A stretch of 64,000 bases of DNA from an uncultured Algoriphagus sp. (GCA_903952135.1 CAJBER010000226.1:11804-75803), one strand, 5' to 3'. Shown: positions 1 to 10,638, counted from the stretch's first letter. Numbers and translations: made by a program. The notes: generated from the sequence alone by a model not told the origin.

Positions 1-613
1 GAAGGCGGTTTGCATAATTTCCATCGCCAAAATCATAAGAGGCCTGATTGAGATGCCTCCCGCTAAGGCCTAGGTAAAAATCTCCACGATCCACCATAAG
101 GCCTGCCCCCATATCCAAGGCTATCTGGGACTCGGTGCCAGCCAAAGGAAGGCTGGGTTCTGGATTGACAAATTGCAACTCTTCAAAATCTAAGGTGCTA
201 TTCGATACACCCAGGTAGCCTCCAAAACTGAGTTGAGTACGCTGAATTTTTTTATGATAGCTCCCTTGTAAATTCACCTCAAGGTTGGAAGTGGCCCCTA
301 AACGATCGTTGACCACAGTGAGTCCGTATCCAAAATTTTTGCCTTTTAATCTATTTTGAAGGGTGATCAACTGCGTGGTAGGCGGATTGCCCACCCCGCT
401 TGTAGTCGTGTAGCCCTGCCACTGGGAGCGATGGAACGCAGAAAACTCGAGCGCACCGGACTTACCCGCTAAGGCAGGATTGAAAAAATTGCCTGCATAC
501 AGGTATTGCGTGAACTGAGGGTCTTGCTGGGCAAAGCCCCCATTCGATGCCAAGAGCAGAAGCAGAAAAGCTGCTGCTCTAAAAAAAATAACCAAGTCGA
601 TTTTTCTGTTCAT
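1..613 (-). CDS. PorP/SprF family type IX secretion system membrane protein (truncated by window edge)
   Basis: Not in the ORF track. Manual translation from ATG 613 gives MNRKIDLVIFFRAAAFLLLLLASNGGFAQQDPQFTQYLYAGNFFNPALAG: signal peptide plus the QDPQFTQY...NPA signature of PorP/SprF. Promoter TAAATTTG at 637-630. Confidence 0.85.
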   Translation of the reverse strand, partial: MNRKIDLVIFFRAAAFLLLLLASNGGFAQQDPQFTQYLYAGNFFNPALAGKSGALEFSAFHRSQWQGYTTTSGVGNPPTTQLITLQNRLKGKNFGYGLTVVNDRLGATSNLEVNLQGSYHKKIQRTQLSFGGYLGVSNSTLDFEELQFVNPEPSLPLAGTESQIALDMGAGLMVDRGDFYLGLSGRHLNQASYDFGDGNYANRL

Positions 614-687
614 TAGGCTGTGGAGTCCTCAAATTTAAACTAGTCTAGGAATTTAAACTGAGAATCCACCGAAAATGATTCTTAGAA

Positions 688-1461
688 TCACAAATTATTG
701 GCTTTTTTTATAAACAATTCCAAAGCACCCGTCATACTTGGGGCGTTTGGCATGGGCGCCTCGATGTCTAATAATAATCCCATATCGCGTACTGCCTGTG
801 CTGTGGTAGGACCAAATGCAGCGATACGCGTTTTCCCCTGAACAAAATCTGGGAAATTTTGGCGCAAAGATTTAATCCCAGACGGGCTGAAAAATGCCAA
901 TATATCGTACTTGACATCTGCCAAGTCGGATAAGTCTGCTGCTACCGTATGGTAAATAATTGCTTCTGTGAATGCGATCCCCTGCTTCTCCATGTAGGAA
1001 GGAATGTCCTCCTTGCGGATATCCGAACACGGGAACAAGTATTTTTCGCTTTTGTGTTTCTTAAAGTAATCAAACAAGTCCTCTGCAGTCTTAAGTCCCA
1101 CAAATAGTTTGCGCTTGCGAATCACAATGTACTTCTGAAGGTAGTGTGCTGTTTGATCTGAAATACAGAAATATTTCATTTCAGCAGGCATTTCAATTTT
1201 GAAATCCTTACAGATCGCGAAAAAATGGTCAATCGCATTTCGGCTTGTAAAAATGATGGCCGTATGCTTTAAGATATCTATTTTTTGCTTTCTAAACTCT
1301 TTAGGGGGAACAGGTTCCACCTTTATAAACTGCCTAAAATCGATTTTCAGCTTATACTTTTCTGCAAGCAGCAAATAAGGTGAATTAGCTTCGGTAGGTT
1401 TAGGTTGAGATACCAGTATGCTTTTTACTGGCGTATAGCGATCTTTTGGAGCTGCACTCAT
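688..1461 (-). CDS. hemD: Uroporphyrinogen-III synthase (Bacteroidota type)
   Basis: VKSILVSQPKP, IIFTSRNAIDHFF and FFSPSGIKS motifs. Start placed at the ATG of MSAAPK; the ORF track starts at 1488. Confidence 0.85.
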   Translation of the reverse strand: MSAAPKDRYTPVKSILVSQPKPTEANSPYLLLAEKYKLKIDFRQFIKVEPVPPKEFRKQKIDILKHTAIIFTSRNAIDHFFAICKDFKIEMPAEMKYFCISDQTAHYLQKYIVIRKRKLFVGLKTAEDLFDYFKKHKSEKYLFPCSDIRKEDIPSYMEKQGIAFTEAIIYHTVAADLSDLADVKYDILAFFSPSGIKSLRQNFPDFVQGKTRIAAFGPTTAQAVRDMGLLLDIEAPMPNAPSMTGALELFIKKANNL

Positions 1462-1489
1462 GCTAGGAGTTCCTTTTACGTTCAACACA

Positions 1490-2605
1490 TCACTGGACTA
1501 GTACCAAGATCCATTTGGTCAAAACCAAAAAAGGTACTATTTCCGCAATGCAAAGGTAAGTAAATAAATGATATTTCTTAAAATTCAACCTGTTCATCAT
1601 AATCAAGAAAAGTCCAAGCACTCCCAAGAGGTAAACCCAAAAGACCCCTTTCATCAGTTGAGCGAATACCATCTTCAGTTCAAAAAATTCATTGATTGTG
1701 AAAAATGTGGTGACCACTAAAACAAAAGCGAAGCCAAAAGTAATCAGGCGCAACAAGTAGAAAAAATGGGCGAACTCAGACTTTCCTAAATCAAAGAGAT
1801 AGCTGATCAATTTGATTGCAGAAAATTTCAAAATAGTCAAAATCAAGAGCAGAAAGGAGGAAATTACCCAATAGTTAATAAGCGATAAAGAAGTCAAATC
1901 CTCTCCAATACCGAACCAATCCGGTCTGAACAAAACGATGCCCGTGAGCAAACTTTGGGCAAGCATCATGGATACTAGAAATAGAAAAAATAAGATGTCC
2001 AATGAAAATACCTTTTGAAGACCTCCACTTTCTGAAAAATCTTCCGCCTTGATCACCGATAAAGGTTGAAGCAAAACTCCCAACAGATAAGGATAGACTC
2101 TTCTGTAAACTGCCGCTAAGGCCAAAATAGACAATAGCGACACAGCAATAAAATCCTTTAAAGGTTGGACTACCGTTCGTTTTTCAAGGGCAAAAAACTG
2201 GTCCTCCCCGCTTAACTCTTTCTCTTCCTTTTCATTCTTGGCAACCTTGGTAATCGTTAATCCAAATTCCCCAAGTCTAATTTTATCGCTCACCACAGTG
2301 ACCAAAAGACTATCTCTCCCAAATTCTTGCTTCAAGGAATTGGTAGCCACAAAAAAGGTTGTGTCATTTGAGGTCAAGACCCAGAGTTTACCATCCACAA
2401 ATACGGTAGAATTTGCAGGTACCTCAAATTGAAAAAACGACTGCGGAAAAGCATTTACAGCCAATTTTACTTGTTTTTGCCCTATAGATCCCACCAACGA
2501 TTGTTCGACTGAGCTACTCCATTCTCCTTCGTAATTTTCCAATACCTGAGCAGTCGCCAAGGCGGAAGAAAAAAGGAAAAAGAAAAGAAGGAATAGGCTA
2601 CGCAT
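1490..2605 (-). CDS. DUF4271-like membrane protein
   Basis: Signal peptide, soluble domain, then multi-TM C-terminus ending YHLFTYLCIAEIVP; typical position upstream of hemD. Confidence 0.7.
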   Translation of the reverse strand: MRSLFLLFFFLFSSALATAQVLENYEGEWSSSVEQSLVGSIGQKQVKLAVNAFPQSFFQFEVPANSTVFVDGKLWVLTSNDTTFFVATNSLKQEFGRDSLLVTVVSDKIRLGEFGLTITKVAKNEKEEKELSGEDQFFALEKRTVVQPLKDFIAVSLLSILALAAVYRRVYPYLLGVLLQPLSVIKAEDFSESGGLQKVFSLDILFFLFLVSMMLAQSLLTGIVLFRPDWFGIGEDLTSLSLINYWVISSFLLLILTILKFSAIKLISYLFDLGKSEFAHFFYLLRLITFGFAFVLVVTTFFTINEFFELKMVFAQLMKGVFWVYLLGVLGLFLIMMNRLNFKKYHLFTYLCIAEIVPFLVLTKWILVLVQ

Positions 2606-2824
2606 CAAAAATTGGTGAAAGAGGACTTATGAACCCATTGGTCAACCCCTCAACAAAGGTGTTTCCTTTGAAGAAAGTCATGGATTTCACAACTACAAAA
2701 CTCAACAATCCTTAGCCAGACTCCAAATGATTTTTTCCAAACCGTCAATGAATTGCGGCAGTTTAATTGAAGTCTAGGAGCGAAAATTGGAACATCCGCT
2801 ATATTTACTCAAGTTTTGATCCCC

Positions 2825-3964
2825 ATGGCAGGCCTATATATTCACATTCCCTTTTGCAAACAAGCCTGCCACTACTGCGACTTTCATTTTTCGACCAACC
2901 TGCAATTAATCAGCCCGGTGGTGGAAGGCATAATTCTAGAATTGGAGCTTCGAAAAGACTACCTGAAAGGCGAACCCGTAGATACCGTCTACTTTGGGGG
3001 AGGTACCCCCTCCTTACTCCCTGCAAATGCCTTGGAAAAGATTCTGAATCAAGTCGCCCGCATTTTTCCTGGTAAGAAATTAGAAGTTACTCTCGAGGCC
3101 AACCCAGATGACCTTACCCCAAACACTTTAGCCACTTGGAAATCCTTGGGAATAGATCGATTGAGCTTGGGAATTCAAAGCTTCCAAGATGAAATCCTGA
3201 CCGCTTACAACCGTGCTCACAATTCCAAACAGGCAAAGCAGGCCATTCAATTGGGTAGAGCTGCCGGATTTGAAAAATTCTCCATAGACCTGATTTATGG
3301 GTACCCCCATGCCAATCACGACTTGTGGAAAAAAGACCTGGAAGAAGCCTTAACTCTTGACCCTGGCCACCTTTCAGCCTATTCGCTCACGGTTGAACCC
3401 AAAACCACCTTGGGGAATTGGGCAAAAAAGGGAAAATTTATCCCTGCGGAGGAAGAATTCGTAGCCCAGCAATTTGAATGGCTGCAAGAGCAATGTGAAC
3501 AAGCGGGTTACTTACAGTATGAAATTTCCAATTTTAGCCGCCCAGATCAAGGCGCCAATCACAACAGCAATTATTGGAAACGAGTCCCCTACCTAGGCAT
3601 TGGGCCAAGTGCACATTCTTTTGATGGCCATGCCAGAGGCTACAATCCTCCTTCAAACCCCAATTATGTCAAGGCATTAGCCGCTGGCAAACTCCCCTTT
3701 GTGGTAGAATTACTAGAAAAAGAAGAATTGATCAACGAAGAAATCCTGACAAGCCTTCGAACGAGCTGGGGATTAAATATTGCAAGTTTGGCTGATCGTT
3801 ACCATTTAGATCTCTTTCAAATTAAAGGAGCTAGCATCACTAAATTAACTGAACTGGGAATGGTTCATGCGGAAGGGAAAACGCTAACTTTGACTCGGAA
3901 AGGCAAGTTGCTTGCAGACAGCATTGCCGCCGAAATTTTTCTTGATTCCCATGACCTACTCTAG
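2825..3964 (+). CDS. hemW: Radical SAM heme chaperone HemW
   Basis: LYIHIPFCKQACHYCDF (CxxxCxxC), YFGGGTPS, YEISNF and HNSNYW (HNxxYW is diagnostic of HemW). Confidence 0.9.
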   Translation: MAGLYIHIPFCKQACHYCDFHFSTNLQLISPVVEGIILELELRKDYLKGEPVDTVYFGGGTPSLLPANALEKILNQVARIFPGKKLEVTLEANPDDLTPNTLATWKSLGIDRLSLGIQSFQDEILTAYNRAHNSKQAKQAIQLGRAAGFEKFSIDLIYGYPHANHDLWKKDLEEALTLDPGHLSAYSLTVEPKTTLGNWAKKGKFIPAEEEFVAQQFEWLQEQCEQAGYLQYEISNFSRPDQGANHNSNYWKRVPYLGIGPSAHSFDGHARGYNPPSNPNYVKALAAGKLPFVVELLEKEELINEEILTSLRTSWGLNIASLADRYHLDLFQIKGASITKLTELGMVHAEGKTLTLTRKGKLLADSIAAEIFLDSHDLL

Positions 3965-4250
3965 AAAGAAAGAAGCCACTCCATTGGGTGAGGCCTTCCA
4001 AGACTTACTGAAATCCTATCGTCTAGAAGATACCTATCAGGAAAAAGTTCTCCTTGCTTCTTGGTCAAAATTGATGGGGAAAACCATTGCCGATCGGACT
4101 AGCAACCTCTACATCAAGGACAAAAAACTATTTGTGAAAATTACTTCTGGGCCAGTAAAAAAAGAGCTTCAACTGAATAAATCTAAGGTGATTGCTCTGA
4201 TCGAAGCCGAAGTAGGGAAGGGAATTGTAGACGAAGTCGTCTTCCTGTAA
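3951..4250 (+). CDS. DUF721/DciA family protein
   Basis: About 99 aa with W..LMG..IA.RT..L and LFVKITS..VKKEL pattern; overlaps the hemW stop. Confidence 0.75.
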   Translation: MTYSRKKEATPLGEAFQDLLKSYRLEDTYQEKVLLASWSKLMGKTIADRTSNLYIKDKKLFVKITSGPVKKELQLNKSKVIALIEAEVGKGIVDEVVFL

Positions 4251-4343
4251 AGTTTTTGAAAAATTTAACAATTCTCCCCGGTTTCGGATAAGCACAAGTA
4301 GCGCTGCATTGGTCTACATTCCCTATTTTTGGAGTATAACTCC

Positions 4344-6401
4344 ATGATCAAGACCACCTCACTTCCTCTTGGCAGAATAAGCCTCTTGATGGCCATTTTA
4401 ATTTGGCTGGCTCTGGTATTGGTCGATTTGGTCCGGATTTTTGGCATGATCAACAACCTCGATTCTGGAATTTCAGAAGAGGTTACCTGGATTTTAGAAA
4501 TCCTATTTTTCTTTTTTGTGTATTTGGTCTACCGCCATGTTTTTTGGAAAAATCGCCAGGCCGACTTCCTCACCCTGATTTGGAGAGGGGTTTCTACTGG
4601 GCTTTTTGCTGCCGGCGCAGGCCTACTCACCGAACTAATTTATTTTGCATTAGGAGAAAGTAAAATTGGTACGGATCCCTTCCTAAAAAATATTTTCTAC
4701 CACATCAATTTTGCTTGGACAAGTGCATTCTTGATTTCCACAGCCTTCTTATGGAAGCATTTGATCCTTTACCAAAAGAATAAGGCGGTAGTTAAGCAAT
4801 GGCAGGTGTTTGAGCTTTCCATGTTGGGCGCCTTATTTTTTGTGTTTTTCAACCACAATAATTTTGATTACAGTTTCTTATTTGGGTTGGTCATCCTTTT
4901 GGTAGTCTCCATCCTGCTAGCCGTCAATTTGAAGTGGATTCCTTACCTCAATTTTAAGGAGAAATGGAAGACGCTCCTCTTTCTATTTCTTATTTTAGTG
5001 TGTTCTGGCATTCTTTTTTATAGAGTCCTGGCCTATGGCAATGAGGTAAAATTGCAGATCAATCTTACAGACAACTTGTTCATTATAGCCTTGTTTGGGT
5101 TTGTATTTGCCTATGGACTTTTCAGTTTTTTGGTCACGCTATTTAACCTTCCTACCTCTTCGGTTTTTGAACAAAAGCTGACCGAAGCCATCAATTTCCA
5201 AAAACTAAGTCAATCCATAAAGCATGAAGAAAATGAGGAGCAAGTTTTAGACATATTACTTGATTCCTGTATGAGTGCTTCCTATTCGGATTGTGCCTGG
5301 ATAGAACTAAATCCTAAGGAACAAATCCAACTCAAAAATTCCCATCGGTTTCTGGATCAACCTACCCAAAAAGCCATTGCTTCGTTAATCTTCCAAGAAA
5401 ACAAATCCTGGGCTTTTAATGCGTCTACCGAGCAAATCCAATCCATTCGGGTCAACCACCCTGTTTACAAATCTGCGCTTCATATTCCATTGGTAATCAA
5501 TAAATCAATCTTAGCAAGAATCGTTCTTATCAAAGAGGTAAAAGAAGGATTCAACAAAGAAATGATGAGCATCATTGGAACCTTTGCAAGGCAGGCCTGC
5601 ATTTCAGTCGAAAACCATCGCCTCCTCAACCAAGCTATTGCAAACGAACGCTACCAAGAAGAATTAAAAATTGCACAACGCGTTCAGAAGGCTCTTTTGC
5701 CAATCAAACTCGATCATCCGGACTCATTCCAGATTAGTGCCTATTCCAATACTGCGGATGAGGTGGGTGGTGACTATTACGACACCTACCAAGTCGACGC
5801 CAACCATTTTGTGGTCATCATGGGAGACGTTTCTGGCAAAGGCACCTCTGCTGCTTTCCATATGGCTCAAATGAAAGGGGTATTCCAAAGTTTAATCCAG
5901 CTTGGCCTTAAACCTGCGGAATTCATGAAAAAAGCGAACGCAGCACTAAGCAAGTGTTTGGAGCGAAACCACTTTATCACGGCCTCTATTTTTGAAATTG
6001 ACACGGCTTCGCATACATTCTGTCATGCTAGAGCAGGACATATTCCCACCCTGTGGTACAAGGCAAATGAAAAAAGCGCTGAATTTATTTCAATTGAAGG
6101 ACTTGGGCTCGGAATTGTAAGAAACCCAAGTTACCAAAACCACGTACACGAGAAAACATACGATTACCAAGCTGGAGACCTTTTGGTACTGCTCACGGAT
6201 GGAATACTGGAAGGGAGAAACGAAAAAGGCGAACAGTTTGGATACGACAGATTAAAAAACTTAGTTGAAGCGAAGCATCAACTATCCCCACCCACCTTGC
6301 AGCAGGAAATCATCGATTCGCTCCACCAATTTGTTGGAGGAGATGGTATGATAGACGACGATTATTCCCTTTTGGTGGTCAAATTCACCCAACCAGATTA
6401 A
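4344..6401 (+). CDS. Membrane-bound SpoIIE/PP2C (RsbU-like) phosphatase with GAF-like domain
   Basis: About 8 N-terminal TM helices, then ELKIAQRVQKALLP, VGGDYYD, GDVSGKG, LTDGILE and DDYS motifs. Start at ATG 4344; the track uses TTG 4329. Confidence 0.9.
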   Translation: MIKTTSLPLGRISLLMAILIWLALVLVDLVRIFGMINNLDSGISEEVTWILEILFFFFVYLVYRHVFWKNRQADFLTLIWRGVSTGLFAAGAGLLTELIYFALGESKIGTDPFLKNIFYHINFAWTSAFLISTAFLWKHLILYQKNKAVVKQWQVFELSMLGALFFVFFNHNNFDYSFLFGLVILLVVSILLAVNLKWIPYLNFKEKWKTLLFLFLILVCSGILFYRVLAYGNEVKLQINLTDNLFIIALFGFVFAYGLFSFLVTLFNLPTSSVFEQKLTEAINFQKLSQSIKHEENEEQVLDILLDSCMSASYSDCAWIELNPKEQIQLKNSHRFLDQPTQKAIASLIFQENKSWAFNASTEQIQSIRVNHPVYKSALHIPLVINKSILARIVLIKEVKEGFNKEMMSIIGTFARQACISVENHRLLNQAIANERYQEELKIAQRVQKALLPIKLDHPDSFQISAYSNTADEVGGDYYDTYQVDANHFVVIMGDVSGKGTSAAFHMAQMKGVFQSLIQLGLKPAEFMKKANAALSKCLERNHFITASIFEIDTASHTFCHARAGHIPTLWYKANEKSAEFISIEGLGLGIVRNPSYQNHVHEKTYDYQAGDLLVLLTDGILEGRNEKGEQFGYDRLKNLVEAKHQLSPPTLQQEIIDSLHQFVGGDGMIDDDYSLLVVKFTQPD

Positions 6402-6412
6402 ACTAGCGAAAC

Positions 6413-6757
6413 ATGCTACGAATTGAGAAAACGAAAGAGGAAACTACTGACATTCTACACCTTATTGGTGAGGTAGATGCAAGTAATTCAGTGCTTCTGG
6501 ACCAATCCATTCAGGAAGTAGTACAACAAGGCACTTCCTTTTTATTAATTGACGGAAAAGAACTAGGCTATATCTCCTCTGCGGGATTGGGGGTATTCAT
6601 GTCCTACTTAGATGATTTTTCAGAAAGAGGCATTCGATTTGCAATTTTCGGGTTGAATGATCAAGTTGGAGAAGTATTCAAAATTCTTGGTCTAGACCGA
6701 TTGATCTCCATTGTCCCAGATAAGTCAACCGCTATCGCCTCCCAACATGAATCATAA
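6413..6757 (+). CDS. STAS domain anti-sigma factor antagonist (RsbV/SpoIIAA-like)
   Basis: GEVDASNS and YISSAGLG (phospho-Ser motif). Confidence 0.9.
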   Translation: MLRIEKTKEETTDILHLIGEVDASNSVLLDQSIQEVVQQGTSFLLIDGKELGYISSAGLGVFMSYLDDFSERGIRFAIFGLNDQVGEVFKILGLDRLISIVPDKSTAIASQHES

Positions 6758-7172
6758 GCTTAATTTATCCTGCAGTACCGCTGCATTGGCTGAATTGAGA
6801 GGCTTTTTGCAGCAGAATTTGGCATTTTACAGGCTATCGGAGGGTGACAAACACCAAGTCACCCTGGCGGTTGAAGAAGTTTGTGCCAATCTGATCATTC
6901 ATTCTCATGACTGCAATCCTAAGGAAGAAATCCACTTGGAAGTCAAAGCATTGGATAAAAAAATAATTGTAGAAATTACAGATAAAGGGGACGCCTTCAA
7001 TCTATTGGAATACGAAGTACCAGACCTGAGCCAAGTGATTGGAGAGAAACGAAAAGGGGGAATTGGCATTTTGCTTGTCAAAAAAATAATGGATGAAATA
7101 GAGTTTGAATCCAAAAACGGAAAAAATATTTGTAGGTTAATAAAAAATTATCCTTCAACTGGCAACCCTTAA
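6747..7172 (+). CDS. Anti-sigma factor / Ser kinase (RsbW-like HATPase)
   Basis: LAVEEVCANLIIH, ITDKG and GGIGILLVKKIMD; ATG 6747 overlaps the STAS gene end. Confidence 0.9.
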   Translation: MNHKLNLSCSTAALAELRGFLQQNLAFYRLSEGDKHQVTLAVEEVCANLIIHSHDCNPKEEIHLEVKALDKKIIVEITDKGDAFNLLEYEVPDLSQVIGEKRKGGIGILLVKKIMDEIEFESKNGKNICRLIKNYPSTGNP

Positions 7173-7245
7173 AATGAGGAGGGAATTTCCACATTGTTTC
7201 TTTATTATTTTCGTACCTTTGAGCTTTACTTTGGTCCGCCATTCG

Positions 7246-9240
7246 ATGAAAAAAAGAGCCCTCTCGGCGTTTATAGCACTTTGCTTGACACTCACGTTAA
7301 GTCCTTTCTCGTTTTTTGCAAAAGCTCAAGAAAAGAAAGAGATTTTAGTGGTTGTTGGGAACATTTCAATTGACAAAGAAGAATTTCTCTACCTGCTTTC
7401 CAAAGAGAAAGAAGGTGATGGCCCCTCCATTTCCTTGACGCGAAAAGAATTTGAAGAAAATTTTGAATCTTTTTTGAATTACAAGCTAAAGGTCATCGAA
7501 GCAGAGTCCATTAATTTGGATAAATCTGAGGAATTCAATTTGGAATTTTCGTCAATCAAAGAATCCCTTACTGCTCCATTTTTAATTAAGAATACAATCG
7601 AGGAAGGGGAGGTAAAAAAGGTATATGGCCGCATGCAAGAAATTGTACGTGCCAGCCATATTTTATTTCAATTTCCTCCAAATGCGAGTAGTGAAGATAC
7701 GCTAGCTACGCTAAAAATAGCCTTAAAAGTAAAAGCAGAACTTGAAAATGGGGCCAAATTTAATGAACTGGCTTTAGTGTACTCGGATGATCCCTCAGCA
7801 AAAGTAAATAAGGGGGATTTAGGTTATTTTACTAGCCTACAAATGGTCCAGCAATTCGAAGAAGCTGCTTACATGCTTCCGGTTGGAAATATTTCAGATC
7901 CAATATTAACTGATTTTGGATACCACATCATTCAGGTAAATGGCCGACAGTCCAATCCAGGAGATGTTCAAGTTTCGCATATTTTGGTTCGTTTTGATGC
8001 CGAAAACCTGAGTCAAGAAGAAAATGCCCGGAGAAAAATCTCTGATATCTATGCGGAAATTCAAAAGGAGAACACCATTTGGGAGGAAATCGTAAAATCT
8101 TATTCGGAGGATCCTGCTACCAAAGAGACTGGAGGACTTTTGCCCTGGTTTGGGGTAGGGACCATGATTCCAGAATTTGAAATGGCGAGCTTCTCCCTAA
8201 CAGAAATAGGAGAAATTTCCCCGCCAATTAAAACCCCTTATGGCTACCATATTCTACGCCTGGAAGGGAAAAGAGAATTGCAATCTTTTGAGGATCTTGA
8301 ACAAACCATCAAGTCCAAGATTTTGAGAAACTCCAAATCTGGCATGATCGAATCCCAAGTAATCGCCATGCAAAAAGCGAAATATGGATTCAAGGAAAAT
8401 GAAACAGAAATCAACAAGTTGTCCAAGACACTCACTAATGAAGACCTCATTTCCTTTGGTACTGCAATGCAAGAAAAGGGATTGTCTAAGACTCAACTTT
8501 TTTCCATCAACAACAAGATGTATTCCGCAGGAGATCTGTTGAAATACATGCAGATTAAAGAAGTGACCCCTAAAGGTTCAGGCACATTCTTCACCCGATG
8601 GGTTGAAAGCTTTGTGGCAAAATCATTGGAGCAAGCTGAAGAGAAGGATCTTGAGGCGAACAATTCGGATTATCAGAAACTTCTCAAAGAATATAGAGAC
8701 GGAATATTAATGTTTACTTTGACCAACCAAGAGGTGTGGCAAAAAGGATTAAATGACAGCATTGGCCAACAAGAGTTTTATAAAAATAATCTTCAAAACT
8801 ACCAATGGAAAACTCGAGTTCAAGCCTATTTGGTAAAGGTAAACGATGCATCTAAGCTTGATAATGCACGCAAATACCTTCAAAACAAGGCATTTAACCC
8901 CGATAATTTCGCTTTATTTGAAGCTGATTACCGCGCCAATTTTCCAACTGCTTACGTCATCGAGTCTGGTACATTTGAAAATGAAAACCATCCTATTCTT
9001 TCCAAGGTTGATTTGACCCAAGCCTACCAAGAATTGGTAGTAGATGGAGCAACCTACATCTTGTCAGTTGGGAAAATTTATCCTCCTGGACCAAGAAAAT
9101 TTGAAGAGGCAAGAGGATTAGTCATTCGAGATTATCAAGAATTCCTCGACCAAGCCCTGAGCAAAAGGTTAAAAGAAAAATATCCCATTCAAGTCAATTC
9201 TGGGGTAAAAGAAAAAGCCTTTGCCGCTTTGAACCAATAA
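7246..9240 (+). CDS. Periplasmic parvulin-type peptidyl-prolyl isomerase (two PpiC domains)
   Basis: RASHIL...SDDPSAKVNKGDLGYF...FGYHII and VSHIL...SEDP...GGLLPWF...YGYHIL. Promoter TACCTTTG at 7214-7221 supports ATG 7246. Confidence 0.88.
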   Translation: MKKRALSAFIALCLTLTLSPFSFFAKAQEKKEILVVVGNISIDKEEFLYLLSKEKEGDGPSISLTRKEFEENFESFLNYKLKVIEAESINLDKSEEFNLEFSSIKESLTAPFLIKNTIEEGEVKKVYGRMQEIVRASHILFQFPPNASSEDTLATLKIALKVKAELENGAKFNELALVYSDDPSAKVNKGDLGYFTSLQMVQQFEEAAYMLPVGNISDPILTDFGYHIIQVNGRQSNPGDVQVSHILVRFDAENLSQEENARRKISDIYAEIQKENTIWEEIVKSYSEDPATKETGGLLPWFGVGTMIPEFEMASFSLTEIGEISPPIKTPYGYHILRLEGKRELQSFEDLEQTIKSKILRNSKSGMIESQVIAMQKAKYGFKENETEINKLSKTLTNEDLISFGTAMQEKGLSKTQLFSINNKMYSAGDLLKYMQIKEVTPKGSGTFFTRWVESFVAKSLEQAEEKDLEANNSDYQKLLKEYRDGILMFTLTNQEVWQKGLNDSIGQQEFYKNNLQNYQWKTRVQAYLVKVNDASKLDNARKYLQNKAFNPDNFALFEADYRANFPTAYVIESGTFENENHPILSKVDLTQAYQELVVDGATYILSVGKIYPPGPRKFEEARGLVIRDYQEFLDQALSKRLKEKYPIQVNSGVKEKAFAALNQ

Positions 9241-9276
9241 TTCTACCCATTCGGATTCCCCGAAAAAGAAAAAACT

Positions 9277-10638
9277 ATGAAATTGTTACAACGACTTCTT
9301 CCGAGCCTTCTTGCATTTTGGATCTTGGGACAAGCTCAAGCCCAAGAAACCGCCACAGGACAGGTGGTAGATAAAATTGTTGCCAAGGTAGACAACAACA
9401 TCGTACTGGAATCTGAGGTCCAAAAAACCTACCTCGAAGCACTATCTCAAGCACAGCAAGGTATTGAAGCGCCAACCCGTTGCACTGTTTTTGAAAGTTT
9501 GTTAATCAACAAACTCATGGTAGCCAAAGCAGAGATTGATTCCATAATCGTCACCGATGCAGAAGTCATGCTCCAAGCCAATAACCGATTTAGTATGGTC
9601 ATGCAGCAGTTTGGCGGAGACGAAGCCATGCTTGCCGAAATGTACGGCAAGACCGCTGACCAGTTAAAAGCCGAACTAGAGGATGTCATCCGTGAACAGT
9701 TGGTTGTGGAAAAAATGCGTAAAACCATCACTGAAGGAATCACCGTTTCCCCTGCAGAAGTTCGCGCATTTTACTACAGCATTCCTAAGGATTCTCTACC
9801 CCTCTTTACTTCTGAGGCTACTGTAGGGCAGATTGTACGAAAACCAGAAACAAATCCCCAAGTACGGGAACAAATTCTTGCGCAGCTGAAACAGTTCAAA
9901 CAAGACATCGGTACTGGAAAATCAACCTTTGCAGAACTTGCCAAAGCCAACTCGGAAGATCCAGGATCTGCAGCACAAGGCGGAGACCTCGGCTTCTTCA
10001 GAAGAGGAGAATTAGCCCCTGAATACGAGGCTACTGCACTAGGATTACGACCTGGGGAACTATCAGATCCTGTGGAAACCCAATTTGGGTTTCACCTGAT
10101 CCAGCTACTTGAAATCAAAGGGACCACCTTCAACACGCGGCATATCTTACGAATCCCCAAAGCCACTGAGCAGGATGTCCAAAAATCCGAACGCTACTTA
10201 GACAGCTTGAAGAAAGAAATTTTAGCTGGGAAAATCGAATTTTCAAAGGCAGCTAAGGAGTATTCCCAAGATCGAACTACTTCCGATGCAGGTGGTTTTT
10301 TTACCGATCCTGCGACCACTTCAAACCGCCTATCTCTACGTACCTTAGAAGATCCAGTGCTTTACTTCACGATCGATACCATGAAGGTAGGGGACATTAC
10401 GCCTCCGATTCGATTTGAAGACCCAAGAGAAGGCACCAAGGTCCGAATCCTATTCTACAAGGCTCGCTACCCAGCGCATAAGGCTAATCTGGAAGATGAT
10501 TACGAAAAGCTCAAAGCTGCTACGCTTCGTCGCAAAGAAGATGAGGTACTTAGCAAATGGTTTGTCACTGCCAAAGAAGACATTTACATTGACATCGACC
10601 CAAGTTACGATCGATGCGATGCACTCAAAGAAAAATAA
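9277..10638 (+). CDS. surA: SurA-like chaperone / peptidyl-prolyl isomerase
   Basis: VVDKIVAKVD SurA N-domain, SEDPGSAAQGGDLGF, FGFHLIQ; signal peptide. Confidence 0.82.
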   Translation: MKLLQRLLPSLLAFWILGQAQAQETATGQVVDKIVAKVDNNIVLESEVQKTYLEALSQAQQGIEAPTRCTVFESLLINKLMVAKAEIDSIIVTDAEVMLQANNRFSMVMQQFGGDEAMLAEMYGKTADQLKAELEDVIREQLVVEKMRKTITEGITVSPAEVRAFYYSIPKDSLPLFTSEATVGQIVRKPETNPQVREQILAQLKQFKQDIGTGKSTFAELAKANSEDPGSAAQGGDLGFFRRGELAPEYEATALGLRPGELSDPVETQFGFHLIQLLEIKGTTFNTRHILRIPKATEQDVQKSERYLDSLKKEILAGKIEFSKAAKEYSQDRTTSDAGGFFTDPATTSNRLSLRTLEDPVLYFTIDTMKVGDITPPIRFEDPREGTKVRILFYKARYPAHKANLEDDYEKLKAATLRRKEDEVLSKWFVTAKEDIYIDIDPSYDRCDALKEK

